NCBI GenBank assembly: GCA_050014455.1
Contig: JBEKDH010000001.1
Span: forward strand, 6,315-70,314
Origin: Terracidiphilus sp.
Lineage (GTDB): Bacteria; Acidobacteriota; Terriglobia; Terriglobales; Acidobacteriaceae
Reading direction: 5' to 3'
DNA: 64,000 bases
The stretch's first letter is position 1; the number at the start of each line of letters is the position of its first letter. Positions 9,197 to 18,818 of the stretch are shown piece by piece. The translations under genes and the position numbers were made by a program. Below the pieces are notes generated by a model, which saw only the letters and a list, made by a program, of their open reading frames with translations, was not told the origin of the DNA and searched no databases.

Positions 9197-10339
9197 GTGG
9201 ATTTCGATTATGTTGTCATGCCGGCAATCATTCTGGCGATAGGCATTCTGGTGGTGTGGTTGAGTGCGCGCAGGATTCGCCTACTCCGGAAAAAGAATTT
9301 CCGCATATGGCGGAAAGTGGTCGAGTGCGTCGTTCTGTCGATAGTTGTTCTTGTGGCGGCTGCCGTGGCGGGAAGCAGCTCGTTCAACGCGATCGCCCGT
9401 CACCATTTCTGGGCGACGCATCCTCCTCCCGGAGCCTTTTACACCGTCAATGGCCACCGGATGCACATGAACTGCACGGGCAGCGGCTCGCCCACCATCA
9501 TTCTGGATGCGGGACTCGGAAACGACGCGCTGATTTGGGGAGGGGTTCAGCCAGAACTTTCAAGGACCACCCGCGTCTGCTCTTACGACCGAGCCGGATT
9601 CGGCTGGAGTGAAGCACTGCCGGCTCCGCGCGACGCCGATCATATTGCCGCCGAATTGCACGGCCTGCTTCTCCAAGCCAAGGTCACCAGCCCCATCGTT
9701 TTGATGGGGCACTCCATCGCCGGACTTTATATACGCGAGTACGCATCGCGCTACCCGGAAGATATTGCCGGAATTGTCTTCGTGGATGTCTCCACACCCC
9801 TGCAGGACGAGAACCCCGCCATGAAAGCTGTGGAACCCAAGGGGCCACGCCAATGGATCTCGATGCTGCTCGTGAGGGCTCAATACATAGAAGGTCTTCC
9901 GCGGCTCGAGGGGCAGTGCTCGCGCTACCTGCCGGGTCTTGGAGATCAGGCTGGCGTATTGGAGGCAGAAGACCTTTGTGATTTTCCCTTCCACGCAGTG
10001 GCTGCCGAAATGGACAGCTTCAACCAGTCGGGGCACGAGACAGTTCACACCGGCCCATACGGTGCACTTCCGATTTTGATCTTCTCGCAGGATGTAGCAG
10101 CGATGCGCCTGCCGGTCTCCGCTCAGCAGACGGCGGATTTGGCGAAGGCCTTCAACCAAATGCAAGAGGACCTCAAGAAGCTTTCCACGCGTAGCCGCAG
10201 AATCATCGCCAAGGGCAGCGGGCATTATGTTCAACTCCTCAGGCGTGACCTGATTTGGAAAGAGGTGCCGCTGTTTATTGAGCAGATTAGCGGCACAGCT
10301 CCGCAACCCACGAACTATGGTTCCACGGTCACGGAATGA
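9197..10339 (+). CDS. Membrane-anchored alpha/beta hydrolase
   Basis: Two N-terminal TM helices; DAGLG, YDRAGFGWS, GHSIAG nucleophile elbow, SGHYV His; GTG start with SD. Confidence 0.85.
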   Translation: MDFDYVVMPAIILAIGILVVWLSARRIRLLRKKNFRIWRKVVECVVLSIVVLVAAAVAGSSSFNAIARHHFWATHPPPGAFYTVNGHRMHMNCTGSGSPTIILDAGLGNDALIWGGVQPELSRTTRVCSYDRAGFGWSEALPAPRDADHIAAELHGLLLQAKVTSPIVLMGHSIAGLYIREYASRYPEDIAGIVFVDVSTPLQDENPAMKAVEPKGPRQWISMLLVRAQYIEGLPRLEGQCSRYLPGLGDQAGVLEAEDLCDFPFHAVAAEMDSFNQSGHETVHTGPYGALPILIFSQDVAAMRLPVSAQQTADLAKAFNQMQEDLKKLSTRSRRIIAKGSGHYVQLLRRDLIWKEVPLFIEQISGTAPQPTNYGSTVTE

Positions 10340-10436
10340 AAACGGGCTCTTGGGGCAAGACCTGGAGCTTCTAGGCAGAAAGTCAACCTCTTAACTTCTT
10401 GGGAAGAAGGCCGTTTTGCCACTTTTTAGGCAAAGC

Positions 10437-10522
10437 CCTCTCAGGGGCTAAAACCCATACCTATGTTGCATTTGCGGCACGACACCCGGCCCAGAGGGTT
10501 CCCCCGTACCCGGTCGTGCCCT
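10437..10522 (-). repeat. Palindromic repeat family B copy with 29-nt loop insertion
   Basis: Reverse complement AGGGCACGAC-[29 nt]-GTCGTGCCGC..GGGTTTTAGCCCCTGAG; compare 37752-37812. Confidence 0.7.
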
Positions 10523-10615
10523 TTCACAAGGCGGGCTTACGCAGAGGTTCCTTAAATCGTCGAAGGATCGAATCTCCATCGCCGGATTCTTGGCAACTTG
10601 CCGGAAAGCCTGGAT

Positions 10616-11191
10616 CTAGAACTGCCAGACCAATCCGCTGGAGATACGGCCGAAATCTGTGGGCAGGCCTGGGATCCGGTATGGGACTAACGTTACTGGC
10701 TTCTCGAGGGCGAAATAGGAGTACTGAAAGCCGCCTTCCACACGAAATGCGATACGCCGCGAAAGCGGTGTGTCCAGGCCGCCGCCGGCGAGGGTCACAA
10801 TCGAGGCGGTTTGACCGATTGCATTGTTTGTCCCCCATGTTTGGTTGGCGCCGCCGACTCCCCCCAATCCCTCCACAAAAACGGATTCTCTGCCGATCCG
10901 CCAGGTGTATTGCCCGCCGCCGACGATGAAATACGGGTGTTGCGGCGAGCCCAGGTTGGTCCCTCTGTACGCGGAATAGTCCACCTTGAAACGCAAGCGG
11001 TGCCAGGACGGGAAGGCTGCGGTGGCATCGAATCCGCTCAGCGGCTGATGGGATCCGGGTACTCCATTCAATGAGTTGGAGAGGAAGGCGTAGCCGCCGT
11101 AGATCTGGTAGCGCGCCGGGGCCTCCGATTGGGCTTGGAGGGCGCACGGCAGGCACAGCAGCGCGAAGAGCGAAAAGAGACGAGTCGGCAT
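10616..11191 (-). CDS. Small outer-membrane beta-barrel protein
   Basis: Signal peptide, alternating aromatic strands, AGGGLD..RIAFRV, C-terminal VWQF. Confidence 0.8.
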   Translation of the reverse strand: MPTRLFSLFALLCLPCALQAQSEAPARYQIYGGYAFLSNSLNGVPGSHQPLSGFDATAAFPSWHRLRFKVDYSAYRGTNLGSPQHPYFIVGGGQYTWRIGRESVFVEGLGGVGGANQTWGTNNAIGQTASIVTLAGGGLDTPLSRRIAFRVEGGFQYSYFALEKPVTLVPYRIPGLPTDFGRISSGLVWQF

Positions 11192-11320
11192 TCGGAACCT
11201 CTGGTTGTGCAGTTTCTCTATCTTATCGGGCCGGTTTGGCTGTTTGGAATCGGCAGATCGCCGCCGGACTGGACGGCGTACTCCCGCTGTGCCAAGGAGG
11301 GCTGCGAATGCCGCGGACCT

Positions 11321-12094
11321 CTACTTACCCTGCTGTCCAAAATGGTAAGTTAACCCCAGATTCGCGTTCATTACATCGAGGCCGGGATTGACTGGCACGA
11401 TGAAGGCGTCGGAAAAATGAAAATCGCTGAACAAGCCCAGGCGCAGATCGAATCGTGGCGTCAGCCTGGCTTGCACGCCCATGGCAGACTGCAAGCTGAA
11501 GTTCGCATAGGCCGCCTGTTGCGAGAGCACCTTCTGCGGGAAGATAAGCATCCCGCCCTTGGCGGTCAGGTAGGGCTTGATGGCCTTGTGGTCTCGCCAT
11601 AACATGCGGAAGCCGATGGGCGAGAATCCTATCCCAGGCACGATGTGATGGTCGGGGCTGGTCGGAGTGCCCCATATATCTTGTGTAACCGGGGCGTCGA
11701 GAAGAACCACTGGCAGAAACTCCGCTGTGTAGTCCATTCGCGCCTTCAGGAAATAACCCCAGGAATGACGGTCGTACTCCACTCCCCCCGTGTAAAGATG
11801 GCAACCTGATCCGCTGGCGAAGATTTTGTAATGTCCGTAGGAAGCCAATCCCTCTACGGTGAGGTCAGCCTCCACCGGTTGCCTGGCAGGGGCCTTCGCC
11901 GTCACCCCGGTCCCGGCCTCCGCTGCGGCGTTCGTGACCAACGCGGCCTCCGTCTCCTGGGAGTGCGCGAGTTGCGGCGCAAGAAGGCAGAATGCGGCAA
12001 GTATGGAAAGGCAGCTGAGGCGAAATGCTGCGGCGCAGCGACGCTTGCTCCGCCACGGGGCAAATACAGACTCACATACTCGATTGCTCGGCAA
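11321..12094 (-). CDS. PagL-like lipid A deacylase (acyloxyacyl hydrolase) beta-barrel
   Basis: GIGFSPIGFR, NFSLQSAMG, HFS His-Ser motif, NPGLD, terminal YHF; start codon uncertain. Confidence 0.75.
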   Translation of the reverse strand: MPSNRVCESVFAPWRSKRRCAAAFRLSCLSILAAFCLLAPQLAHSQETEAALVTNAAAEAGTGVTAKAPARQPVEADLTVEGLASYGHYKIFASGSGCHLYTGGVEYDRHSWGYFLKARMDYTAEFLPVVLLDAPVTQDIWGTPTSPDHHIVPGIGFSPIGFRMLWRDHKAIKPYLTAKGGMLIFPQKVLSQQAAYANFSLQSAMGVQARLTPRFDLRLGLFSDFHFSDAFIVPVNPGLDVMNANLGLTYHFGQQGK

Positions 12095-12295
12095 GCGTCA
12101 CCCTGCTAGTTGAACTGGAAGGCCAGTTTTTCTTTACTGATTCTTCCCAAGTTAGCTGGTTTTCAGCGGTTCCGCAAGGCCAGGAACGGCCTTCGCGGAC
12201 GAAAGGCAGAACGATTCCGCGCCTATCCGGGGAATCAAGCTACCCGGAAGCTGGATGCCAACGAACGAGAATGGCCCTTAGCGCTCAGAAGCAGT

Positions 12296-13183
12296 TCAAT
12301 CGGCCTTCCCCTTCACAAAAACGATTCGATTGCCGTCCGGATCGTGAATTGAAAGCGTCGACTTCTTCTTTTCCACAGGGATCTGCAGGGCCTTGAGCTG
12401 TGCCGCCGTATGCCGCAGATCCGCGACGCCAAAGTAGAAGACAAACGCCGAGCTGGGGCCGTGCTGGACGAGCTGCACTCTTTGGCCAGACGAACCGGGA
12501 AGCGCAAGCCAGATTCCGTCGTGGCCAAGCGAGGGCGAGGGCGCTGCGGCAGGCGCAAAGCCCAGCTTGTCAACATAGTAGGCGCGTGCCGCGGCGGGAT
12601 CCTGCATCTCAATCCCCATAGCCACAATCTGCTCTGAGATGCGATTCGCTCCCAAGTGCAATCCCTTGTCGTTGCTGTGCTTGGAACCGGGCATGTACTG
12701 CGTGTATTCAATGTTCTGCTTCTCAGGCCCGGCCATGGTAAACAGCAGATTGCCGGCCCCTGCCTTGCGCACCGGAATGGGCGTCAGCCCGAGCGCGGCA
12801 TAGGCCGCATTCAGCGCGTCAATCGCCGACGACTCAAAGCAGACGTGCATAAAGCCGACGGCGTCAGAAGGCTGGCGCTGCGGATAGAGCTCAATGAACT
12901 GGAGGTCGTTCACCTTGAGGAACGACTGCGTGGGCTTTCCATCGCGGCTCATCGAGAAGGCTTCTTCAAAGCCCAGCTTCTGGTAGAAGTCGCGCGACTT
13001 GTCCAGATCGGCCACGCGAATGGCCGCGTGGGCAATGCCGGCCAGCTGCGTCGCCTGGGCGGGAGCCGCTGCCGGCGCGGCGGGCGGCGCCTGCGCCGCG
13101 ATGCCGGCCATGCAAACCGGCGACAGCGCTACCGCCAGCAAGCCGAAAACCCCACTCCTAAACCACTTGAGAAGACTCGCCAC
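12296..13183 (-). CDS. Exported two-domain VOC (glyoxalase-like) protein
   Basis: HAAIRVADLDKSRDFYQKLGF, QFIEL, HVCF, DPDGNRI. GTG start at 13183 with SD AGGAGG; signal peptide. Confidence 0.8.
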   Translation of the reverse strand: MASLLKWFRSGVFGLLAVALSPVCMAGIAAQAPPAAPAAAPAQATQLAGIAHAAIRVADLDKSRDFYQKLGFEEAFSMSRDGKPTQSFLKVNDLQFIELYPQRQPSDAVGFMHVCFESSAIDALNAAYAALGLTPIPVRKAGAGNLLFTMAGPEKQNIEYTQYMPGSKHSNDKGLHLGANRISEQIVAMGIEMQDPAAARAYYVDKLGFAPAAAPSPSLGHDGIWLALPGSSGQRVQLVQHGPSSAFVFYFGVADLRHTAAQLKALQIPVEKKKSTLSIHDPDGNRIVFVKGKAD

Positions 13184-13344
13184 TTGAAAGCCTCCTATGG
13201 GCCGCGCGCACACACGCTTGGGCCGCCGCTTCAGGCGTTCCAAAAAGGTGCGCATTCCAATATCGAAAAAGTGTACCATGCGAAGTGGAATGCCGAAAGG
13301 GTTGGCGCGGTGGCCAGCCCGATTGATGGAGGAGTACGAGAATC

Positions 13345-15573
13345 ATGACCAAACCGATGGTTGTAACCCTCATGGCGGCAGCCTTCATGTTGCAGGCCGC
13401 GGCGGCTACTTCGCAGCAGCCCTGGCAAAAGTTGCAGAACCCCACTGCGGCCCAGGTGGCCGCGCTTTGGAACGCTCCTCCGCCGGAGTACGGCCCCGAA
13501 CCCTACTACGGCTTGAACGGCCCGGTCAGCATCCCCCAGGTGCAGCGCGACCTGGACACCTTGCAGCACCTCGGCTTTCAGACGGTGACCGTGCAGGCCG
13601 GCTATAACATGCCCTTCGCCTACCTCTCGCCGGAGTACTTCGCCTTTTTTCGCAACTTTGTGGCCGAAGCCAGGCAACGCAACATGCGGGTATGGATCGT
13701 GGACGATGCCGGCTATCCCAGCGGCTTTGCCGGCGGGAAGTTCACCACCGAGAAGCCCGAACTGAGGATGCAGGCCCTCGAAGTGGCGCGGAAGATTCCC
13801 GTGGCCGGCGGCGCAACCATCCATGAGGCTCTGCCGCCGGAGACGGTGAGCGCCGCGGCGGTGGACCAGGACGGCGCGGCGATTCCCATCCCGCTGGTGG
13901 GCAACACGCTGGAGTGGACCGCCCCCAAGGGCAAGTGGACGGTGCTGATCGTGGATCATGAGTTCCGCACCTCGCCCACCCGCTCCGACACCAATACGCA
14001 GCGCGTCAAGGATACTTCGCAGTCGCTCGAAGACTATCTCGATCCCGCCGCGACGGAACAGTATCTGCGCTTTACGCACGAACAGTACAAGCAAGCTGTC
14101 GGCGACGAGTTCGGCAAGACGATCATGGGCTTCCGCGGCGACGAGCCCGACTACTCCATCCCCGGCCTGCCCTGGACGCCGAAGTTCTTCGAGCGCTTCA
14201 CTGCCATCAAGGGTTACGACGTGCAGCCCTACGTAGCCCTCTTTGCGCAGACACCTTCGCACCGCGATCCCGGCGTGCCCATTCATCTGACGCCGGAGCA
14301 GATTCGCATCGAAGGCGACTATTACGACGTCTTCTCGCAGATGTTTGCCGCCGGCTTCTTCAAGCCGCAGGGGGACTGGTGCGCGGCCAACCATCTGGAG
14401 TACCAGGTCCACCTGAACCACGAAGAACTGGAGATGGAGCTGACGCGCAGCGAGGGCTCGTTCTTCCGCGACATGCGCGCCGTCGAGGTGCCCGGCATCG
14501 ACGCCATCTGGCATCAGATATGGAAGGACACCATCTCCGATTATCCGCGCCTGGCCAGTTCGGCCGCGCACGTCGATGGCAAGCCGCGCGCCTTCACTGA
14601 GAGCTTTGCCGCCTACCGCCCCGCTCCCGATGTAGAGATGGCGCGCTACATCCTGAATGAGCAGTTCGTGCGCGGAGTCAACCAGATTGAGACCATGTAT
14701 TTTCCGGCTACCTCCGCCGGCGCTAGGCCGCCGTCCGGATTCATGGGCCAGCCGGGCTTTCCGGAGTTAATGAGCTATGCCCGCCGCATGAGTTATCTCA
14801 TGGCCATGGGCCGTCCCGATGCAGCCGTGGCGCTGTTTCTCCCCTCCAGCTCCATGTGGCTGGGCAGCGATGCCTCGGATACGGCGTTTGTCTCCACTGA
14901 GCGGCTGCTGAGCGAGCATCAGATCGACTTCGATATCGTGGACGAAGACGCGCTGGCCGGCGACCTGAAGGCGCAGCAAGGCAGCTTCGAAACGCTCAGC
15001 GGAAACCGCTACCGGACCGTCATTTTGCCCGCGCCGCTGGTGATCTCAACCGAGGCGCTGGCGCGGCTCAAAGCCTTCGCCCAAGGCGGCGGCAAGGTTC
15101 TCTTTCTTGGGGGCGCGCCGCAGTGGATTTCGGGCCGGACCATCCGCGACGCAACCCCGGCCACGGCGGCCGACTTCGCTTGGGCAACCGTGGTGGACAC
15201 CCAGTTGGCGCACACTCCCACGCCTCCCGCCCAGCCACCCGCCCAGCCTCCCGCGCCGCAGGCCGTCCCCAACGAGGTGCTGGCGGCGGTCGATGCCGCG
15301 GTGATTGCGCCCGTGCTGCGCTTGGACGCCGCGGATACGGCCCTGCGGGTGATGAAGCGCCGTTGGAAGAACGCCGACGTGTACCTCTTCTTCAATGAGG
15401 GCGCACAGGCCAGCGACCATGCGGTAACCCTGATGAGCAAGGGGCGCACGGCGGAGGCCTGGGATGCGCAAACCGGAACTGTCGTTGCTGTGCAGTCCAG
15501 GCGTGGGGGTGGAAACCTGACCGTGCAACTCAAGCTGCAACCTTACGAAACGCGCGTGATCGTAGTACGCTGA
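13345..15573 (+). CDS. GH106 alpha-L-rhamnosidase-like glycoside hydrolase, secreted
   Basis: WIVDDAGYPSGFAGG, GFRGDEP, HLNHEE, VPGID, FTESF, QFVRGVN; signal peptide; SD GGAGGAG. Confidence 0.8.
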   Translation: MTKPMVVTLMAAAFMLQAAAATSQQPWQKLQNPTAAQVAALWNAPPPEYGPEPYYGLNGPVSIPQVQRDLDTLQHLGFQTVTVQAGYNMPFAYLSPEYFAFFRNFVAEARQRNMRVWIVDDAGYPSGFAGGKFTTEKPELRMQALEVARKIPVAGGATIHEALPPETVSAAAVDQDGAAIPIPLVGNTLEWTAPKGKWTVLIVDHEFRTSPTRSDTNTQRVKDTSQSLEDYLDPAATEQYLRFTHEQYKQAVGDEFGKTIMGFRGDEPDYSIPGLPWTPKFFERFTAIKGYDVQPYVALFAQTPSHRDPGVPIHLTPEQIRIEGDYYDVFSQMFAAGFFKPQGDWCAANHLEYQVHLNHEELEMELTRSEGSFFRDMRAVEVPGIDAIWHQIWKDTISDYPRLASSAAHVDGKPRAFTESFAAYRPAPDVEMARYILNEQFVRGVNQIETMYFPATSAGARPPSGFMGQPGFPELMSYARRMSYLMAMGRPDAAVALFLPSSSMWLGSDASDTAFVSTERLLSEHQIDFDIVDEDALAGDLKAQQGSFETLSGNRYRTVILPAPLVISTEALARLKAFAQGGGKVLFLGGAPQWISGRTIRDATPATAADFAWATVVDTQLAHTPTPPAQPPAQPPAPQAVPNEVLAAVDAAVIAPVLRLDAADTALRVMKRRWKNADVYLFFNEGAQASDHAVTLMSKGRTAEAWDAQTGTVVAVQSRRGGGNLTVQLKLQPYETRVIVVR

Positions 15574-15721
15574 CGCGTTCTTGCTGTTGGTGAGAATCAG
15601 GGGCACATTGCCCTTACTGCGTATTGCTGCGGTTCGGCACGGCGAGCGGCTAGCGTGGGATAATCCGCCTCCGTCGATTTCTGCGCCCATCCCCTGCCCC
15701 GCTCTGCGATACTGGTTTGTT

Positions 15722-16273
15722 ATGCCAATTGCCGACCTGCAACAAGCTGCCCAGAAGATTGCCTCCTTCCTGAATACCCTCAACAAGTTGGGTGGTTTGC
15801 GCCTCAAGTACCGCATCGCCGCCGGCGGCCTCGCCCCGGACTCCGATGGCTCGCCTGCCCCGCAGCTCCTGGTCGAACTGGCCGGCCCCGACGTGCCGCT
15901 CGTCATTCAGCACAACGGCGAGTTGTTGTTTGCCCTGGAAACCATTGCCGCGCAGATGCTCCGACTTGACCAGCGCGAGCAGGGATTGATCAGTTTTGAC
16001 GCCGGCAGCTTCAAGGCTCTCCAGGCCGAGCAGTTGCGCCTGACCGCCCAGACCGCCGCCGAGAAGGTGTTGCGCTCCGGCATCCCCTACGCCTTTCCGC
16101 CCATGAACAGCCGCGAGCGCCGCCAGATGCATATGGCTTTCCGCGGCATCGAAGGCGTTGAGACCGCCAGCTCCGGCGAAGGCCAGGATCGCTTCCTCGC
16201 CGTCTATCCGGCGGGCAAGACCAACCTGCCCGTCGCCCCGCCGGTCAAGCCGCGCGGCTTCGGCCGCAGGTAG
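15722..16273 (+). CDS. jag: Jag/KhpB-type KH + R3H RNA-binding protein (no Jag_N domain)
   Basis: GELLFALETIA KH region; PPMNSRERRQMH R3H motif; TASSGEGQDR. Start moved to ATG 15722. Confidence 0.8.
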   Translation: MPIADLQQAAQKIASFLNTLNKLGGLRLKYRIAAGGLAPDSDGSPAPQLLVELAGPDVPLVIQHNGELLFALETIAAQMLRLDQREQGLISFDAGSFKALQAEQLRLTAQTAAEKVLRSGIPYAFPPMNSRERRQMHMAFRGIEGVETASSGEGQDRFLAVYPAGKTNLPVAPPVKPRGFGRR

Positions 16274-16386
16274 AGAGACCTGCTGGAAGAGTTCTGTCTT
16301 TTTGGAAACTCTTGGCGCGGAAGGGACTTGAAAAGGATGGAGTCTGTCAGAAACCGCCGCGGTGAGCGCCGGCACAATTCTCTGGC

Positions 16387-16420
16387 AAAAGCAAAGCCCG
16401 CTGAATCAGCGGGCTTTAGC
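16387..16420 (-). terminator. Terminator downstream of tRNA-Glu (possibly bidirectional with jag)
   Basis: AAAGCCCGCTG-AAT-CAGCGGGCTTT perfect hairpin with A/T flanks. Confidence 0.75.
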
Positions 16421-16430
16421 GTCAAATGGC

Positions 16431-16505
16431 TGGTAGCGCTACCGGGAATTGAACCCGGGTTTTAAGATTGAGAATCTCACGTCCTAACCCCTAGACGATA
16501 GCGCC
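16431..16505 (-). tRNA. tRNA-Glu (anticodon CTC)
   Basis: Cloverleaf: acceptor GGCGCTA/TAGCGCT, anticodon arm TGAGA-TTCTCAA-TCTTA, T arm CCGGG-TTCAATT-CCCGG, encoded CCA; 75 nt. Confidence 0.95.
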
Positions 16506-16634
16506 GTGCCGGGGCAGCCGTCACCGGCCACTCATCTACTCTAACAAAAACTCTGGGCGATGCCAAAGACCACGCCCGTTCAACTGGGAGCGGTCTCGAT
16601 TTCTATTTCCTCTCTCAAGAGAACCGCGCCGCCA

Positions 16635-17729
16635 TCAGCGCAGCAGCGCGGAAGCCGCCCACAGCACAGGCGCCTGTCCGTGGAAGTCGCCGGTCCGGCG
16701 GGGTCGCGCCAGGTAGTAGGCCAGATCGTTCTGCTTGCCCGTGCCGGCGCACACCTGGGTGACGTCCTGATTCTGATCGATGTAGCCCACCACCGCGAGC
16801 CATCCCTTGCGGGCCGCCGGGCCGTAGGTTGCGGCATCCAGCCAGCCCATCTTGACGCCGGTAATCATGGCGAAGGCGAACATGGCGGAGCTGGAACTCT
16901 CAGGCCAGGCCTCATCGTGGTCAATCAACTGACGCCACATTCCGTCCTTGCCCTGGTAACGCAGCAGCGCCGCCATCATGCTCCGGTAACCTGCCAGAAT
17001 GCGGGCCCGCTGGGGATGATCCTGGGGCAAATCCCTGAGCATTTCGGCCATGCCCGCGGCAAACCACCCGTCGCCCCGGCCCCAGAAGAAGGGCACGTCC
17101 GGCGCGTGATAGAAGAGGCCGTTCGGCTGCTGCAGCTTGTCCAGGTAGGCAACCATCTCCCTGGCGTCGCGGTCCAGATACATGCGGTCTCCGGTGGCGC
17201 GGTAGGCCTCCAGTTGCAGAATGGTAAGCATGTACATGTCGTCGACCCAAAAGCGAGTCTCGGAGGAGAGGCCATCGGGTTGAGGGTTCTCCCACTGACG
17301 GTCGGCCCACCACTTTCCATACGACAGATACGCCGGATCCTTGGTCTGAATGGCGATCTCAAGGGGGACGATGCCAAAGATGGAGTCGTCCACATGACGC
17401 CGCTGCGGAATCCGCGCCGCCTCGGCTCCGCCCGGCATCAGCGGCTCGAACTTGCGAATCAGCTCCTTTTGCAAGGTGCCGTCGTGGGTGAGCTGCGCAA
17501 AGGTCAGCGCGCCGTACCACGTGGCTACCTCGGAGTAATGAATCGTGGGGGTGTATTGATGCCCGCTGGCGGCAAAGTGCTCGGCCAGGTTCTTGCCGAC
17601 CTCCTGGGGCGAGGCGCCCTTCGGCCAGTTAGTGAAATAGTCGCCGCCCTGCGCGAACGCCGGGATGCCCGAGGCGAGAACGAGCGCGCCCAAGAGCAAC
17701 GCTTGGCTGAGTCTTGCGCCTTGCTTCAT
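16635..17729 (-). CDS. GH105 (GH88/105) unsaturated rhamnogalacturonyl hydrolase, secreted
   Basis: FWVDDMYM, NGLFYHA, FWGRGDGW, GMWRQL, ESSSSAMF, GDFHGQAP. Confidence 0.88.
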   Translation of the reverse strand: MKQGARLSQALLLGALVLASGIPAFAQGGDYFTNWPKGASPQEVGKNLAEHFAASGHQYTPTIHYSEVATWYGALTFAQLTHDGTLQKELIRKFEPLMPGGAEAARIPQRRHVDDSIFGIVPLEIAIQTKDPAYLSYGKWWADRQWENPQPDGLSSETRFWVDDMYMLTILQLEAYRATGDRMYLDRDAREMVAYLDKLQQPNGLFYHAPDVPFFWGRGDGWFAAGMAEMLRDLPQDHPQRARILAGYRSMMAALLRYQGKDGMWRQLIDHDEAWPESSSSAMFAFAMITGVKMGWLDAATYGPAARKGWLAVVGYIDQNQDVTQVCAGTGKQNDLAYYLARPRRTGDFHGQAPVLWAASALLR

Positions 17730-17834
17730 TCAGAGTCTCCAATCCGGTTTGGTATCGTTTTCATACTTCCCTGTTTCACTACACCCAATGACTCCGGCGG
17801 GGCCGGCAGCGTAACTCCGTCATTTGCGGCGTCT

Positions 17835-17942
17835 TCACTTGGGAGGCGGCTTGGGCGCTGGCTTCTTCTTTGCCGGGCTTGAGACGCCCATACTCAGCAG
17901 GAAGAAGCCGAATCCCTTGCGCAGCGAGTCCATCACGCTCAT
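17835..17942 (-). CDS. Small protein, 35 aa (MSVMDSLRKGFGFFLLSMGVSSPAKKKPAPKPPPK)
   Basis: ATG with purine-rich SD (GGAGGGGAG); GC3-rich codons; lies downstream of the cytochrome c gene; below the ORF track cutoff. Confidence 0.6.
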   Translation of the reverse strand: MSVMDSLRKGFGFFLLSMGVSSPAKKKPAPKPPPK

Positions 17943-18010
17943 GCTTCCACTCCCCTCCCAGGTTCATGCCGTTAAGCGCGCATCGAACGACTGGACAGCG
18001 ACGGAGAAAC

Positions 18011-18610
18011 CTACTTCTTTTGCGGGACCATCGCCTGCGATTTTATCAGGGGAGAGGCCGCTGCGGCAGGCGCAAGAGCCGGCAGAGCCTTGGCGTGCAG
18101 GATCTCTACGGCGGCCGCGGGCAGAGGCTTGTCGGCATTGGCCAGCAGCAGGCTCACCTGCCAAATCTGGGTATCCGTAAGCACCTGGTTGTATGCCGGC
18201 ATGCCGGTAAGCCGGATGCCGTTGGCCACCTTCCAGTATGTCTCGGCGGGAGGGTCGTCGCTGACCCCTATGACTTCGCTGCGTTGGTGCTTCTCCCACA
18301 GCGGGGGCGCATCGGGATACATATGAACGCCAAACGTGGAAGGCTTGCCGTGAAAACCGTGGCATACTGCGCACTGGTCGCGGTAGACCTCCGCTCCGGC
18401 CGTAAGGTTGTTCCCGTCCGCGGGAATGGGTACGGTGTTCACACGCTCGCGGTCGATGCGTGCATGCAGCGGCACCCCGGTGAGTAGCTGTTCCTGAGGG
18501 AACGGCGGATCGGCGACGGCCACCGGCACACGGCCAAAGTACAGCCACGCCACCACGGCGACGGGCGCCAGAATGACTCCCAAAACAACCCCTAGAAAGA
18601 CTCTGCCCAT
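18011..18610 (-). CDS. Membrane-anchored monoheme c-type cytochrome
   Basis: N-terminal TM helix, CAVCHG heme motif, MYPDAPPL, NGIRLTGMP axial Met. Confidence 0.9.
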   Translation of the reverse strand: MGRVFLGVVLGVILAPVAVVAWLYFGRVPVAVADPPFPQEQLLTGVPLHARIDRERVNTVPIPADGNNLTAGAEVYRDQCAVCHGFHGKPSTFGVHMYPDAPPLWEKHQRSEVIGVSDDPPAETYWKVANGIRLTGMPAYNQVLTDTQIWQVSLLLANADKPLPAAAVEILHAKALPALAPAAAASPLIKSQAMVPQKK

Positions 18611-18818
18611 ATTCGCGACCGCCTCCGCTGCAGTTCATCGTAGAGCATTTTTCAGCTCCTGGCGCGGATTAATGCCATCGATTACGTTACAAGGGGTAGC
18701 AGGAAAAGAAATGCTGGACAATGCCAGTTGGATTTGGCACTGTTTGGCTCATGCCCCACCGGCCCGCCGCGGCGGGCGGCGGCGGCCATTCCCCAACAAG
18801 AGACAAGGAGACTCCCCT

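Noticed and set aside
16431-16505. tRNA-Glu as an island integration site
   Set aside because: No integrase and no duplicated tRNA 3' end are visible in the window.
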